Below are positions 1-13,867 of a stretch of DNA of 64,000 nt, one piece after another. The notes under the pieces are model-generated. The model did not search any database. It was not told the DNA's origin and worked only from the letters and a program-made list of their open reading frames with translations. Source of the stretch: Squalus acanthias (taxonomy: Eukaryota); the NCBI GenBank assembly GCA_030390025.1, contig CM059432.1, forward strand, positions 130,388,001 to 130,452,000, given 5' to 3'. The position numbers were made by a program, and so were the translations under genes. Every line of letters starts with the position of its first letter. Within the stretch, counting starts at the first letter, position 1.

Positions 1-288
1 AAAGAACCAGAGGCGACATGAGGAAAACCTTTTTTTACGCAATGAGTGGTTAGGATTTGGAATACACTGCCTGATAGGGTGGTGGATACAGATTCAATAG
101 CAGCCTTCAAAAGTGAATTGGATAAGTACTTGAAGGAGATAAAATTGCATGGATATGGGGAAAGAGTGCGGTGGGGGGGGCAGGGGAAGAGTGGAATTAA
201 CTGGATTGCTCTTTGAAAGAGCCGGCGTAGACTGGATGGGCCGAATGGCCTCCTTCTGTGCTGTACTATTCTATGATTCTATTCTATT
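1..288 (+). mobile_element. CR1 LINE 3' end
   Basis: Resembles the 3' ends of the other CR1 copies in this window (gggccgaatggcctccttctgtgctgt) and ends in the short-repeat tail attctatgattctattctatt. Confidence 0.85.
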
Positions 289-669
289 AAAGCAATAAGC
301 AAACTGTTTTCTCATGGATTACATCTGGTCAATAGTCACACTTCACGTTTTGGTCCAAAGGTTTAATTATAAGCAGGGTCAGTATCACATTTGTTTTAAA
401 TGAAACTGCCATAATAAAATTTGAACATCAAGGTCCACGAAGCCAAATTAATCTTGTGCTAAAAGATGTGCAATTAGTTTACCTTTTCATGGAAACTCTG
501 ATAACATAAGCAAATATTGCAGGGTGCACTGTGCTAAGCACAGAATGTATACGCAAGAGTGTCAGTGTTGCAAAACTCTCAGTTTATCAACAGTTACAAC
601 GGTTATTGGAAATGGAAACATGCCATTTTACAGGGACACACAGATAGTTATGTGACGCATATTTAATAA

Positions 670-1742
670 TTCGTTAGAAAAAGGTATCGTGCCAGAGGAC
701 TGGCGGATAGCTAACGTAATACTGATATTTAAGGGGGATACAACATGTCGAGGGAATTATAGACCAGTCAGCTCAACATCGGTGGGAGGAAAAATAATGG
801 AATCCCTACGAAAAGGAGAAAACATCTAGGAACCAAAAATATAATAATGAATAGTCAACATGGATTTCAAAAGGGAAAGTCTTGCTTGACCAACCTTATT
901 AGATTTTTTGAAGAGGTAACAGAGAGAGTAGACAATGGTAATGCAGTAGATGTAATTTATCTGGATTTTCAAAAGGCCTTCGATAAGGTACCCCATAATA
1001 GACTGATGACAAGGTCAGAGAATGCGGAGTCAGGGGACAAGTAGCAGAATGGATTGCTGGCTGGCATTAGGACAGAAAGCAGAGAGTAGGAGTAAAGGGT
1101 AGCTATTCACAGTGGCAGAAGGTGGGTAGTGGTGTTCCACAAGGATCAGTGCTGGGACGACTGCTGTTCACAATTTACATTAACGATTTAGACTTAGGAA
1201 TCAAAAACCCAAATTCTAAATTTGCGGATGACACCAAATTGGGGTGGGATAGTCAATACTGAGGAGGACTGCAACAAGTTACAGGAGGACATTAATAAAC
1301 TTGCAGAATGAGCATATAATTGGCAAATGAAGTTCAACACAGATAAATGTGAGGTATTACATTTTGGTAGGAAGAATAGGGAGGTCACTTATCACTTGGA
1401 GGGTGCGAGTCTAGGTGGGGTAGAGGAGCAAAGGGATCTCGGAGTACAAATACACAAATCACTAAAAGTTGTGACGCACGTTAGCAAGGCCAGAAAAAAA
1501 GCAAACCAAGCACTAGGGTTTATTTCTAGAGGGATAGAATTGAAAAGTAGGGAAGTTATGCTAAACCTGTATCGTACCTTGGTTAGACCACACCTAAGAG
1601 TACTGCGTATAGTTCTGGTCGCCATATTATAAAAAGGATATAGAGGCACTGGAGAGGGTGCAGAGAAAATTTACAAGGATGATACCAGAAATGCGAGGGT
1701 ATACCTAACAGGAAAGGATGAACAGGCTGGGTCTCTTTTCTC
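670..1742 (+). mobile_element. CR1 LINE ORF2 (RT) fragment, left part, interrupted by a Penelope insertion
   Basis: ORF fragments SQHGFQKGKSCLTNL, VDVIYLDFQKAFDKVPH and MKFNTDKCEVLHFG; frameshifts and stops present. Confidence 0.92.
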
Positions 1743-2672
1743 GAGCGGAAAAACTACGCCATGTTCTTCGCAGCCTTCAACATGTCATCGATGACGACGA
1801 ACACCTTGCTAAGGCCATCCCCACGCCGCCACTACTTGCCTTCAAGCAGCCGCCTAACCTCAAAAGTACCATCGTTCGCAGCAGATTACCCATCTTTCAG
1901 AGAACAGCAACCAAGACACCACACAACCCTGCCACGGCAACCTCTGCAAGACATGCCAAATCATGGACACAGATACCATCATCACACGTGAGGACACTAC
2001 CCACCAGGTACACGGTACATACTCATGTGACTCGGCCAACGTTGTCTACCTGATACGTTGCAGTAAAGGATGCTCCAGAGCATGGTACATCGGCGAGACC
2101 ATGCAGACACTGAGACAACGTATGAACGGACACCGCGCAACAATCGCCAGGCAGGAGGGTTGCCTCCCAGTCGGGGAACACTTCAGCAGCCAGGGGCATT
2201 CAGCCTCGGATCTGCGGGTAAGTGTTCTCCAAGGCGGCCTTCGGGATACACGACAGCGCAAAATCATAGAGCAGAAACTGATAGCCAAGTTCCGCACTCA
2301 TGAGGATGGCCTCAATCGCGATATCGGGTTCATGTCACGATACAGAACGTGACTTGACATCATGGCCGGTCTTCCCAGGTGTGTTTTTTTTTTAAAAGAC
2401 TAACACAAGAACCAACACAAATTGACAGGATATGCAGCCAGCAGGTGGTTTGACACGTTGGACCCCCTGGGACACATCTCATTGTCTTGGCTGTGCTCTT
2501 AGTGTGTCTTTGATGTAGGGAAAGATTTGAATAGATTTTGTCTGTGTTTAAATTGTGAATTCTGGGAGATTCTCTCACTGCTAACTTACCTGAGGAAGGA
2601 GCGAACCGCTCCGAAAGCTTGTAAAATTAAATAAATCTGTTGGACTATAACCTGGTGTTGTGCGACTTCTCA
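1743..2672 (+). mobile_element. Penelope-like element (family A), 5'-truncated, GIY-YIG end plus 3' tail
   Basis: ORF 1963-2352 has NVVYLIRC...WYIGET...RMNGH (GIY-YIG) and closely matches 48588-49942. It splits the CR1 at ttttctc|...|ctcttgaaaa. Confidence 0.92.
2586..2624 (+). ncRNA. Minimal hammerhead ribozyme motif in PLE 3' tail
   Basis: ttac-CTGAGGA-a-GGAGCG-aac-CGCTCC-GAA-AGCT-T-gtaa: hammerhead core, stem II, palindromic AGCT at stem III, stem I ttac/gtaa. Confidence 0.75.
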
Positions 2673-3062
2673 CTCTTGAAAAAAGGCTGATGAGTGACCT
2701 AATAGAGGTCTTTAAAATTATGAAAGGTTTTGATAGAGTGGATACAGAGAGAATGTTTCCACTTGTGATGAAGAGCATAACTAGAGGCCATCAATATAAG
2801 ATAGTCACCAAGAAATCCAATAGGGAGTTCAGAAGAATCTTCTTTACCCAAAGAGTGGCAAGAATGTGGAACTCGCTACCACAGGGAGTGGTTGAAGCAA
2901 ATAGTATGGATGCATTTAAGGGGAGGCTGGACAAGCATATGAGGGAGAAGGGAATAGAGGGTTATGCTGATAGATTTAGATGAGGCAAGACAGGAGGAGG
3001 CTCGTGTGGAGCATAAACTGATTGGACCGAATGGCCTGTTTCTGTGCTGTATATTCTATGTA
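2673..3062 (+). mobile_element. CR1 LINE 3' part, right half of the interrupted copy
   Basis: Reads LEKRLMSDLIEVFKIMKGFDRVD...FFTQRVARMWNSLP, continuing LGLFS from before 1743; tail tgtatattctatgt. Confidence 0.9.
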
Positions 3063-4575
3063 AACATGTTACCTACAAATAGGATCTATATACATAACTG
3101 ATGAGCAAAGTACAAAACAGGAATTTTAGCTGATCAAAATAAATCTCATGTATCAAATTCAGCATTGTAAATTACCTTTGAATACTAGTATTACAAGGAG
3201 CATTGTTGTATTCATGGAGTGTTTTCAGCACAGGCTTGCTTGATCACAAACCCCAAAATAGACTCTTCCATTAACTAAGCTGAAATACCACCATGGGAGA
3301 TTTTCTCTGCGCATCTATAAATTCCATGTTGGCTGCCAGGTAAACTTTTCCAATGTGTTTTCTCATTTTTGGTTTAGTTCTGACCATTATGAAAAGCTTT
3401 TTGGTTAAAAAAAAGTGTGGGAGGATCACTGCAGAAGTGACCGAGCCCTCTATTTAATAATCTGATAAATAGTCCTGCAAGATAATCTACCAAACAATCC
3501 TTTAAACGTAAATGTGTTTGCCATCAGAAACCGCTCTTTTTTTCATAACTATTCTTTCCCTGAAATTCAGGCTGCATCGTCTTTTAGCATTATCTTCATC
3601 AATTTCTCCACTGCCTTGAGAGTTGCCAACCTCAGCACTATCCTTATTTGACACAGAGGTGCGAACAATCTACATATTCATCCACAGCAATGGCAACATT
3701 GCTCAGAGAATTGACTGGCAAATGGTAAATTTCCAGGGATGAATCAAACAGTCCAGGGTTTTCCCCAAAGATATGCTATTCTACTATGATGGTGTAACAG
3801 ATTCAGAGAATTCATCACAAATACTGGGAAAGATAAAGTCACCCGCAGTCAAGACCTGAACGTAAAATCTTCTAGTCTTGCGAGAAAAAAAATTACAGAT
3901 GCCAACAGCTCTGGAAATCTTACTGATAGCTGAACTGTCTATATTGTAGTTTCCCATCAAATACCTGATCTAGGTTCATATTGACCCAAATCTTGCTGCA
4001 AAATTAACGGTGAGTTGACGACACACGCCAGTATTAATGTGCATATCGGCCAGAAAGTTCAGGCGGCGAAAAGATACGCCGTGAGTTGCGAATTACCGTA
4101 ACCTGCTACTTGATTTACGCCGCTCCGCCGTTTGCCTCGCACAAACGGCAGCTCGCCCTCAACCTCCCCATTATTTTTTAAGAACTTACTTGATTTGTAC
4201 ATTAAACTCGCCACAGAATGTTAGAGCTAGTACTTGACAAGTACCCTTTTAATTACTTAATAATTGTTAACACAATGCCAATCAACCTCTCCAGCCCAGA
4301 AAGAGAACTACATAAACTGTTGAATCTCATTCCTGCAGGTAGTAAATTCTATTCAGAGATATAAAATTAAAAAAATACTTCTTACATTTTAATCACAAGT
4401 CTATCATACTCCACAATTTCATACCAAAACACCTTTATCAAGCAGCTGATCCGCAGAGGTAGGAAACAGTTACAACAGGACACAAAGGATTTGATAAAAA
4501 GGCTGTAAAACTGCAAACACGGGGCTCTGGTGAAGAGTTACACCAAAGTGTTAATTTGTCTTTTGTCTTTGCAAA

Positions 4576-6776
4576 TAAAGGTTCTAAATTGGGGGGAAGG
4601 CCGAGATTAATATGATAAGGCAGGATCTGGCCAAAGTGGACTGGGATCAGCTACTTGTAGGAAAATCCACATCAAAGCAATGGGAGTCATTCAGAAAGGA
4701 AATAGAGAGAGTACAGCGCCAACATGTTCCCGTAAAGGTCAAGGGTGGGACCAACAAGTCCAGTGAACCCTGGATGTCAAGGGATATACAAGAATGGATT
4801 AGGAAAAAAAGAGAGACTTTTGGCAGATACAAAGGACGAAAAACAGTGGAAGCCCTAGGAGTATAGAAAGTGCAGGGGGGTACTTAAGAAATTAGGAGAG
4901 TAAAGAAGGGGCATGAAAAAACACTGGTGGGCAAAATATAGGAAAATCCCAAGGTGTTTTATAAGTATATTAAGGGCAAGAGGATAACCAGGGAAAGAGT
5001 AGAGTCCATTAAGGACCAAAGTGGCAATCTGTGTGTAGAGCCGGAAGATGTAGATGAGGTTTTAAATGAATATTTTGCATCTGTGTTCACTATGGAGAAG
5101 GACGATGTAGGCATAGAAATCAGGCAGGGGGATTGTGATATACTTGAACAAATTAGCATTGAGAGGGAGGAGGTACTAGCCATTTTAACGGGCTTAAAAG
5201 TGGATAAATCCCCAGGCCCAGACGAGATGTATCCCAGGCTGCTGTGTGAGGCAAGGGAGGAGATTGCAGGGGCTCTGACACAAATTTTCAGAACCTCTCT
5301 GGCCACAGGGAAGGTACCAGAGGACTGGAGGACAGCTAACGTAGTACCATTATTCAAGAAGATAGTAGGGATAAACCAGGGAATTACAGGCCAGTGAGCC
5401 TAACATCAGTGGTAGGGAAATTATTGGAAAAAATTCTGAGGGACAGAATTAGTCTCCACTTGGAGAGGCAAGGATTAATCGAGGATAGTCAGCATGGCTT
5501 TGTCAGGGGAAGATCATGTCTAACCAATTTGATTGAATTTTGAGAGGGGGTGACTAGGTGTGTGGATGAGGGTAGTGCAGTTGATGTAGTCTACATGGAC
5601 TTCAGTAAGGCTTTTGACAAAGTTCCACATGGGAGACTGGTCAAGAAGGTAAGAGCCCATGGGATCCAGGGCAATTTGGTACATTGGATCCAAAATTGGC
5701 TTAGTGGCAGGAAGCAGAGTGTGATGGTCGAAGGTTGTTTGTGTGACTGGAAGCCTGTGTCCAGTGGTGTACCGCAGGGATCGGTGCTGGGTCTCTTGCT
5801 GTTTGTAGTGCACATTAATGATTTAGATATGAATGTAGGAGGTATGATCACTAAGTTCGCAGATGACACGAAAATTGGTGGAGTGGTAAATAGCGAGAAG
5901 GGAAGCCTCAAGCTACAGGACGATATAGACGGGTTGGTTAGATGGGCAGAACAGTGGCAAATGGAATTTAATCCTGAAAAGTGTGAGGTGATGTATTTTG
6001 GGAGGACTAACAAGGCAAGGGAATACACAATGAATGGTAGGACCCTAGGAAGGGCAGAGGATCAGAGGGACCTTGGTGTGCATGTACATAGATCCCTGAA
6101 GGCAGCAGGACAGGTAGATAAGGTGGTTGAAAAGGCATATGGGATACTTGCCTTCATTAGCCGAGGCATAGAATACAAGAGCAGGGAGGTTATGATGGAG
6201 CTGTACAAAACGCTAGTTAGGCCACAGCTGGAATCCTGTGTGCAGTTCTGGTCGCCACACTATAGGAAGGATGTGATTACATTAGAGAGGGTGCAGAGGA
6301 GATTTACCAGGATGTTACCTGGGCTGGAGCGTTTCAGCTATGAAGAGAGACTGGACAGGCTGGGGTTGTTTTCCTTAGAGCAGAGAAGGCTGAGGGGGGA
6401 CCTGATTGAGGTGTACAAAATTATGAGGGGCATAGATAGGGTAGATAGAAAGGAACTTTTCCCCTTAGTAGAGGGGTCAATAACCAGGAGTCATAGTTTC
6501 AAGGTAAGGGGCAGGAGGTTTAGAGGGGATTTGAGGAAAAACTTTTTCATCCAGAGGGTGGTTGGAATCTGGAACTCACTGCCTGAAAGGGTGGTAGAGG
6601 CAGAAACCCTCACAACATTCAAGAAGCATTTAGATGAGCACTTGAAACGCCATAGCATACAAGGCTACGGACCAAGTGCTGGAAAATGGGATTAGAATAG
6701 AAAGGGCTTGATGGCCGGTGCAGACACGATGGGCCGAAGGGCCTCTTTCAGTGCTGTATAACTGTATGACTCTAAA
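4576..6776 (+). mobile_element. CR1 LINE, 5'-truncated ORF2 plus 3' tail
   Basis: ORFs 4612-4866, 4954-5397 (KSPGPD, PEDWRTANV) and 5550-6695; tail ataactgtatgactcta. Confidence 0.95.
5550..6695 (+). pseudogene. CR1 reverse transcriptase C-terminal ORF (381 aa), separated from upstream ORF2 by stop/frameshift
   Basis: Motifs [23 protein letters not shown] and KFADDTK. Confidence 0.9.
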
Positions 6777-8629
6777 TACTGATTCATCTGCCGTGTTTTT
6801 GAAGATTTTTTTGTCTTTACAAAGAATTAGATGCTGCAAGGCAGCAGAGAAATAAAGAATGAACCAAATTGATGTCACTTGCAAATTGGTGAGTTTTGTT
6901 TATTTTTCAGCTAGCCAAATCGGGAAAGTAACTCACCCCAAGTTACTTGGCAAGCAAATATTTCCAGCCCTGGTGTCATCTGCAGACCATGCAGTCCAGC
7001 ATGTATTATTCAGCATTGGGCTTCAGTCCTGCTAACCTCAAACAACAGCTGCACTGTGAAAGGAGAGATTTACAGCACTGCTCAGTAAATTAAAAAAAAG
7101 TTTTCTTTAGAATACAAATCCTAAAATAACTGCAATATATGCAGAAAATCAAGCTTCCTTGTTGATGAATCAGAGTTTGTTAAATTCTGAGTATGTGGAT
7201 AAATATATTACTTAGGCTTCACGAGCACCCAGTTTAAAATGCAGTGAGCCCACATAGATAACAATCACCGCCCTCACTACATCCTTTAACATTTACATAC
7301 AGATGGCGTATCGTTCTGTCTTTTATGTGGTAATCGAAACCAGCTTTTAAATTCAATTTTGTTTATTTACCTGAATTTCACTCTGGTTATAAATTTATGA
7401 AAGTAATATACAAGTTGTGGAAACAGGCACATTTTTATGATGGCCAAATTGCTTGTGACTTACAAGAGGAAGTGAACTGTAACATAATCCTATAATGGTG
7501 CAAAGAGAGATAACTACACAAACTGGTGGCTCTCAGTCATTCCGGTTCCTCTGATTTAGAGTGGCTGGTCACATGCAGCTTGGACAGAGTTATTTTGTGG
7601 AGAACTACGCCCTTGTGATGTGAAAACGTTTCATCCCAGTGACTTTATGAATGGGAACAGTAGAATGTGACCATCACTTCCCATTCATGTCACTGGAGTG
7701 GAATTTGAGAATCAGCACACAGATCCAGCAGCAGAGGTACCCAACTGATAGCCAATACAAACGTGGCTCAAGTCATCAATGTTGGGCTCAAGATCATGAT
7801 TCTCAACAGCAGATTGAGTGCTGCGACTCAGTATAAGCAAAACAGGAGTTAAAAAGAATGTGAAGAATTTCACTCAAGCTGGAATGACTGGATGTAGTCT
7901 GTGTTGCTAAAGTTGCCAAAGCATAAAATTCCAGTTTCAGCTAACCACAAAGACAGATGTATAGCTGCAAGTGACAATTTGCAAACTTAATTTTTCTATA
8001 TTCATTGATTAATAAAGCGGGTCTGGATTTTTCCAATCACTTACCGTTTGTTTGTGGCATTTTTTGGGGTAGGCAAGTGCCAGAGGTAACAGCGGAGGTT
8101 GAATATGCGTGCCCCTATTTGAGCAGGTAGGTCATCCAACCTATTCTCCTTCATTAACTCTTAGCAATGCTGGTCGTCAGGAATGCTGCTGTGTTCCCAG
8201 CGTCTAGCATTGCTGGGGGGGTGGGGAAATAATTGTAAAGGGGATGTTAGCCTAGTGAAATCAGTGCACTAGGAAAACCAGGATAATGTTACAACTTTTT
8301 AAAATTTTAAACTGTCACCACTGGTCACTCTACACTGTAGCAAGTGCCACAGCAACTTCTCTTCCCTCATCCAGTGGGACCAGATGTACCGCATGGAGGC
8401 CACTTTAATTATTATAATTAGCCTGACTCTGGCAGATCAACCGTGAGATTCATCTTGAGCATTGAGAGGCCAGTGGAGTGTGAAAGACCAGGAGAGTGCG
8501 GAATTTAGCCGCTAGCCTTAGCGGAAGTTCATCCTCGAGGTGCAGATGGTCAAAAATTATTTTTGAAGTTAAATCACGAAGTAATTGTCTTTAAATTTTA
8601 TTAGACTTTTAAGAGAAAACAGTTTAGTT

Positions 8630-10225
8630 TAGTATGGAGGGCAACTGAAGCCCATGTGATGTGTGGTGCCTGCACAATATGAGAGGTCCTGGATGCTTAT
8701 ATCCAGGGATGACCACATATGCAGCAAGTGTCACTGACATATTGTGCTTGAGCTCCAGGTTTCTGAGCTGAAGGAGCAGCTGCTGACACTCCGTCATTTG
8801 AGAGGCTGCAGGGTTCTTGGAAGGTACATTAAAGAAGGTAGCTATCTTGCAGGCAGAGCAAGTTAGTGAAGAAGGCAAGTGAGTGACCATCAATGTTCCC
8901 TTTAATTTTTTTTGGGTTGCATGGCCCCTTTAAGGGGCTGCGAGGCCCATTCAAAATACCGTGCATGCACGATTTTTCCCATTTAAGAGCCGGCTGCGCG
9001 GGAGCTCCATCCTAAAGGGATCATTGGTGACCACCCATTGAGGTAGGAAGTGTAGATAGCGCAGAGTGTCAGAACAGAACAACCATGAGCAAACCACAGC
9101 AAGTGGTTGCCAAATAGTGGGGAAGTGAAGTAGAGAAATGCTGTAGTAATAGGGAAATTACATAGTCTGGGGAATATGCAGGTACTTTTATAATTGCAAC
9201 CGAGGGGCTCGAATGATGTGCTGTTCCAGGTACCAGGATAAATGATATCACTGAGTGGGTGCAAAGGATTTTGTAATGGGAAAGGAACAGCCAGAAGTCA
9301 CAGTTCATGTTGGAACTAAGGACAAAGGAAGAAACAGAATTGGGGGTTTCAGCAAACAGGAGATAAATTATATGACCTCCAGGGTAATAATCTCATGATT
9401 ACTCCTTGTGCCACATGTCAGCATGGGAACAGTAAGATAAAGGAGTTAAATGCTTGCTGGAAAGATTGTGGAGGATGAAAGGGTTCAGATTCTTGAGATA
9501 TTGGGATCAATGCTGAGGCAGGAATAGCCTTTCTAGGATGGATGGGCTTCACCTGAACAAGGTTGGAAGAAATGCCCTTGCTGCAAGAATAACTAGTGCG
9601 GTGCTCGGTGGTTTAAACTAATTTGGTTGGGGAAGGGAGATAATGAGATGAGGAAGCAGAAAGGAAAGCAATCAGGGACAGGGAGTTTAGGAAAGATAAG
9701 AGAAAAAAAAATCAGACAGAGGAGGGAGGAGGGAGCAAAACTGCCAGAGGGAGGTTTGAGTTGTATATATGTAAACGCAATATAAAGAAAATTGGTGAGG
9801 TAGTGGCACCAATTGCTTGGGGGAGGGTGTAAAGGTCAGGACTGAAGGCTAAACATTACAGAGAATTACATATCTGGTTACAATCTATCTAGGAGGGATA
9901 GAGTAGAAAAAAGGGAGAAGCAGTGGCAATGTTAATCAAAGATATGGATAATATAGGGGATGGCGCAAAAGCTGAATCTATTTGGTTAAAGTTAAGGAAT
10001 ATGAGAAGATAACGGTTACTCTATTGGGAATATATTACAGACTGAACAGTTGAAAGGAAATAGAGGTAGAGATATGCAAACAAATTAAAGAAAAAATGCA
10101 GGAACAATACTGTCATGATAAATTATAATTAATTGTCCAAATAAAACTAGGGTAAGAATAATCAAATGATAAAGTAGTAAAATTATTTATGCTACAGTAT
10201 GTCCAGGACTCCTTTCTGGATCAGG
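8630..10225 (+). mobile_element. Old degenerate CR1, ORF1 and endonuclease region
   Basis: Decayed similarity to the 5' part of the 30.3-33.8 kb CR1, e.g. gggttcagattcttgagatattggg and gatgggcttcacctgaac (DGLHLN). Confidence 0.65.
8891..9026 (-). mobile_element. hAT-type MITE (136 bp) nested in CR1
   Basis: TIRs caatgttccct / agggatcattg; 8-bp TSD gtgaccat / gtgaccac; reverse-orientation homologue of 28608-28767. Confidence 0.8.
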
Positions 10226-11569
10226 GTCTAGAATTATAAAATTTTACAGCACAGAGGGAGGCCAATCAGACCATTACACCTATACCAGCTCTCCAAACGA
10301 GCCATCAACTTTGTCCCATTTCCCTGCCCTTCTTCTGTATCACCTTTAGGGCTGATGTGAATCCAAGATGACACCCCTTGTAATGGCAATTGAGAATCAA
10401 GCCAACATTCTGTGATGGGCTAAGAAATATGATGCCTAAACCAATCAGGTGTGTGGTATTCCAGGACACTGTTTATGCCTGGCCAGCCAGTCTGCCTCAC
10501 TAATGGATCTTGGGGCGGAGAGGGGAAAGGGAGTTGGTGGTGGTGTAGACTTGTGGCTAGCAGCTAAGATTCGGATAATCCTGCGAGTCAATGCCCTAAG
10601 AGGAAGGGTGGTTATAGCTGAATAAGTAGTGGAAAGCGTACTGGTTAAATGCATAATTTTCACAGGCTAAATTTCATCAGTGCTCCTACACACATGCAAT
10701 TATTCCATCAATCTGCACCTGAACACTTTGGATTTAACCAAGTGCCTCGATGGAGAAGGGAGTGTGCACCCCATATTAGAGGAACAAAAATTCTGTATGT
10801 GTAAATTTCACAGGAGCTTGGTTTGCAGACTCAAAAATGATGATGGATTTCCAGGCATTGGACACCACTAGATTAAAACAAAGAGCTTCTGATTAAGGAA
10901 TAGGGTTACATGATCCCTGTGCATTTCATATCTTGCATACTTCAACTGCAGATGACGTGGGCAAGGTGTTAAATGCATGGGCATTAAGAAACTGAAGATC
11001 AGAAGATTGTTAACACCCGACAGATGTGGACACCAGATATTGGTGCATCGGGCACTGATTCCAATACAGTTACAATGGGGAAAACTGTTTGAGGAGAGAA
11101 AATATGGGAGAAAAATGGCAAGGGAGAAATTTTCCAGTGGGCCTTCAATGCAATTTCTACAGTTACACACCACTAGTATTCCATCAAACAACTTTCTGGC
11201 AAATTTAAATCTAGGCCTCAGTACCGAGGGAGTCGGAGCAGCCGTCTTTCGGATGAGACGTTAAATCCAAGGCTGCTGGTGCTGGAAAACTTAGCGTGAA
11301 GTTCAATAATCAGGATATTTCTGTAATGTTTGCTGCTCAAGAGTGGATGCATCAGCTAAAGGCAAGGTCCGGTTATAAAATGTCCTTCAGCAGACAAATT
11401 CATTACAGTTAAGTTTCTATTGTACTTTTAATTTTTATTTTCTTTATAAATAAAATTAACATGGAAGATTAAAATATTCCCAAAACACAAATTTAACAGA
11501 ATTATGTTCAATGAGTAATAATCTGCTTCATGCTCAAGTTCCCTTGCACACTAACTTCTTAGAAACAAT

Positions 11570-12301
11570 GGCCCAGAAATTGATCTCGCTCTGTTCCCGC
11601 GGGGGTAAGGAGCAGGTGCGATCTCTCACTCCGCGTTGGCTTTTTCAGATCCAGCTCGCACGAACTTGATGTTCCAGACATCAGCTGGGCAGTGCTTGCG
11701 TATCCCACCGGCGTAGTGAATTCGTGCGAGCTGTGGGATCACGTGACTCAGTTAGAACCAATGGCAGCACATTCATAAGTTTCACATACGTGCTGTGAAA
11801 GCTATGAATCTTACACCCCCCCAAAATAACAGCTAAACCTCAATTAAATTTAAAAAAAAACATCACATTAATAAAATAAGTATAGTTAAATAAATTAACC
11901 ATTTTAAATAAAAAATTTAATTTTTGAAAAAATTTTAAATCTTTTAAAAAGTTATAAAAATAAACTTACCTGTCTTTAAAGTCTCTAAAAAAGATATACC
12001 TGTTAAAAAAAATTCAAAAAAATACTTAATTCACTACTTACCTTGTTAAAAGTGGGTCTTACTCCTCCTTTTTCCATTTCTAAAATCTTCCGTCCTTACC
12101 TGCGCGTCCAAAGCTCGAAGTGCACAGCGTGCGCGCAGCCTGTAGCGCACACGCGATGCACCGAGGAACCGCCCCCTTTTCCAAAGACCAAATGCCGGTT
12201 TTCAGCGCATGCGCAGGGCATGCAGAAAACCGGCAATTGGAGAGAGAATACGCGAGAGTACGCAGTGCGTACTCTCGCGCAGCGGGATCAATTTTTGGCC
12301 C
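11570..12301. mobile_element. Non-autonomous DNA transposon (MITE), probably PIF/Harbinger-type
   Basis: Imperfect TIRs ggcccagaaattgatctcgct / agcgggatcaatttttggccc; aat on both flanks (3-bp TSD); AT-rich core with GC-rich hairpins. Confidence 0.65.
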
Positions 12302-12564
12302 AATGTATTCCCTTTTTAGATTTCACATAATTTAAAAAAATAATTAACATTCCTTCTTCTTTCAAACAGATTTGTGCCAACTCATACTTTCTTGTGGCAA
12401 AAGGCTTGGTTAGTTTGAACTTAAGAACTTTCCAAGGCTCTGGTCAATTCTAGTTTATATTCAGTGTACTACCAGTAGTTTCAATTTCTTTTTCATCCTC
12501 TCCAATGCCTTCTACCCTACTCAGGATGTGGATTGCTTAACAGTATGCAGTTTCACAGATGCTG

Positions 12565-12882
12565 TTCACCCCTTGGTATGAAACCCAAGTGGACATTCTT
12601 CATGTGCAAGCTTTGACAGTAAGCATGAGAAGTCTGTTGACATAGGGGTCATCGCAACCAAGCCGACCTTGTCCTGTCTACGTGATACACACAGCGGAAG
12701 TCGCTGAATAGAAATCAGGAGTGGGGACAATGGCTGATTTTTCCCTCCAGTACTGGGTGGCACTGAAGCCAGTTACAGAACCGTACTGGCACACCAGCTG
12801 AGACAGTACAGATACGAGATCAAACCTGCAATCTTCCTGGTCTGTGTAGCTCAACTGCTCACTGCATAAACTCGCTGAGCCA
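12565..12882 (-). mobile_element. Old tRNA-type SINE
   Basis: Reverse complement starts ggctcagcgag...cagaccaggaagattgcaggtttgatc (B-box-like); homologous to 26095-26430 (+). Confidence 0.5.
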
Positions 12883-13867
12883 TTTCTACAGGTCAGAATT
12901 GGTTCTCCTCATGCTTGTCCACCCACTCCAAAATTCAATGCACAGTCCAGTGACAAACAGTGCCTCACAGTGCCAAGATGTAGACCCAAGACATGCACTA
13001 AGAACAGATGAGTTCAAATGTCAGTCGAGAATGAGTTTCAAAATTGCGCAAAGTCCTACATTCTGCAGATATAGCACTGCCCTGAGAAGTTGTACTCAAA
13101 TTTCATCTGGCATCAACATTACACAGCTATACCTATCCAAACAAAAAGCTAACTGAAAGGAAGCTTAAAGGAAAAGGCAATTATAAACAAGAACGACGGG
13201 ACTATGCCACCAAACGCTGACATTACAAAACTTTGGCTTTACCAAAGGTCTCAGAATGTATAGATTAGTCAGGAGTACATATGGTATTTGCCACAAAACC
13301 TAGGGCCAGGCAAACACTCTTGTTTGTCCTAATTTTCATTTTGTATTTAAGTATTAATTGAGCACTAATGAACTTCTGGTTTAACGAATAAGTCCTAGTC
13401 ATTTGCTTTAGTAGGCTGGGTCCTAATGTATTAGAGAACTTATTCATAAATGCACAATTCAAAAAGAAATTGCCAGGTTTCTCCATGGCATTGCATTTTG
13501 ACTGTTTCCTTCAGCAGACAGTGGGGCTAAGGCAATGCCCAATGGGTGCAACTTGCTCCAACACTGGGGATCAATGGTGTTAGTCTGTAGGTTTTTCCAG
13601 TCTCTGAAGAATATTTACAGTAATGTAGCAAATGCGCAGCGGAGACTGAAAAAAAATCAAGCCATAAAGTGGTTTATAAAGCATGTTTGCTGTACAGGGA
13701 ATTCCCAATCTCGGACAAGCCAATTGGAGGAGTTCCAGGAAGAGAGAAAAATTATTCACCAGGATCGAGGAAAAATCATGGGTCGCCAATGTGTGCCACT
13801 CTCACAAACTTCATAGCAGCTAGTTAAAGAGGGAGTCTCACCATTAGATGCCCTTTTAAAAAAGTTG

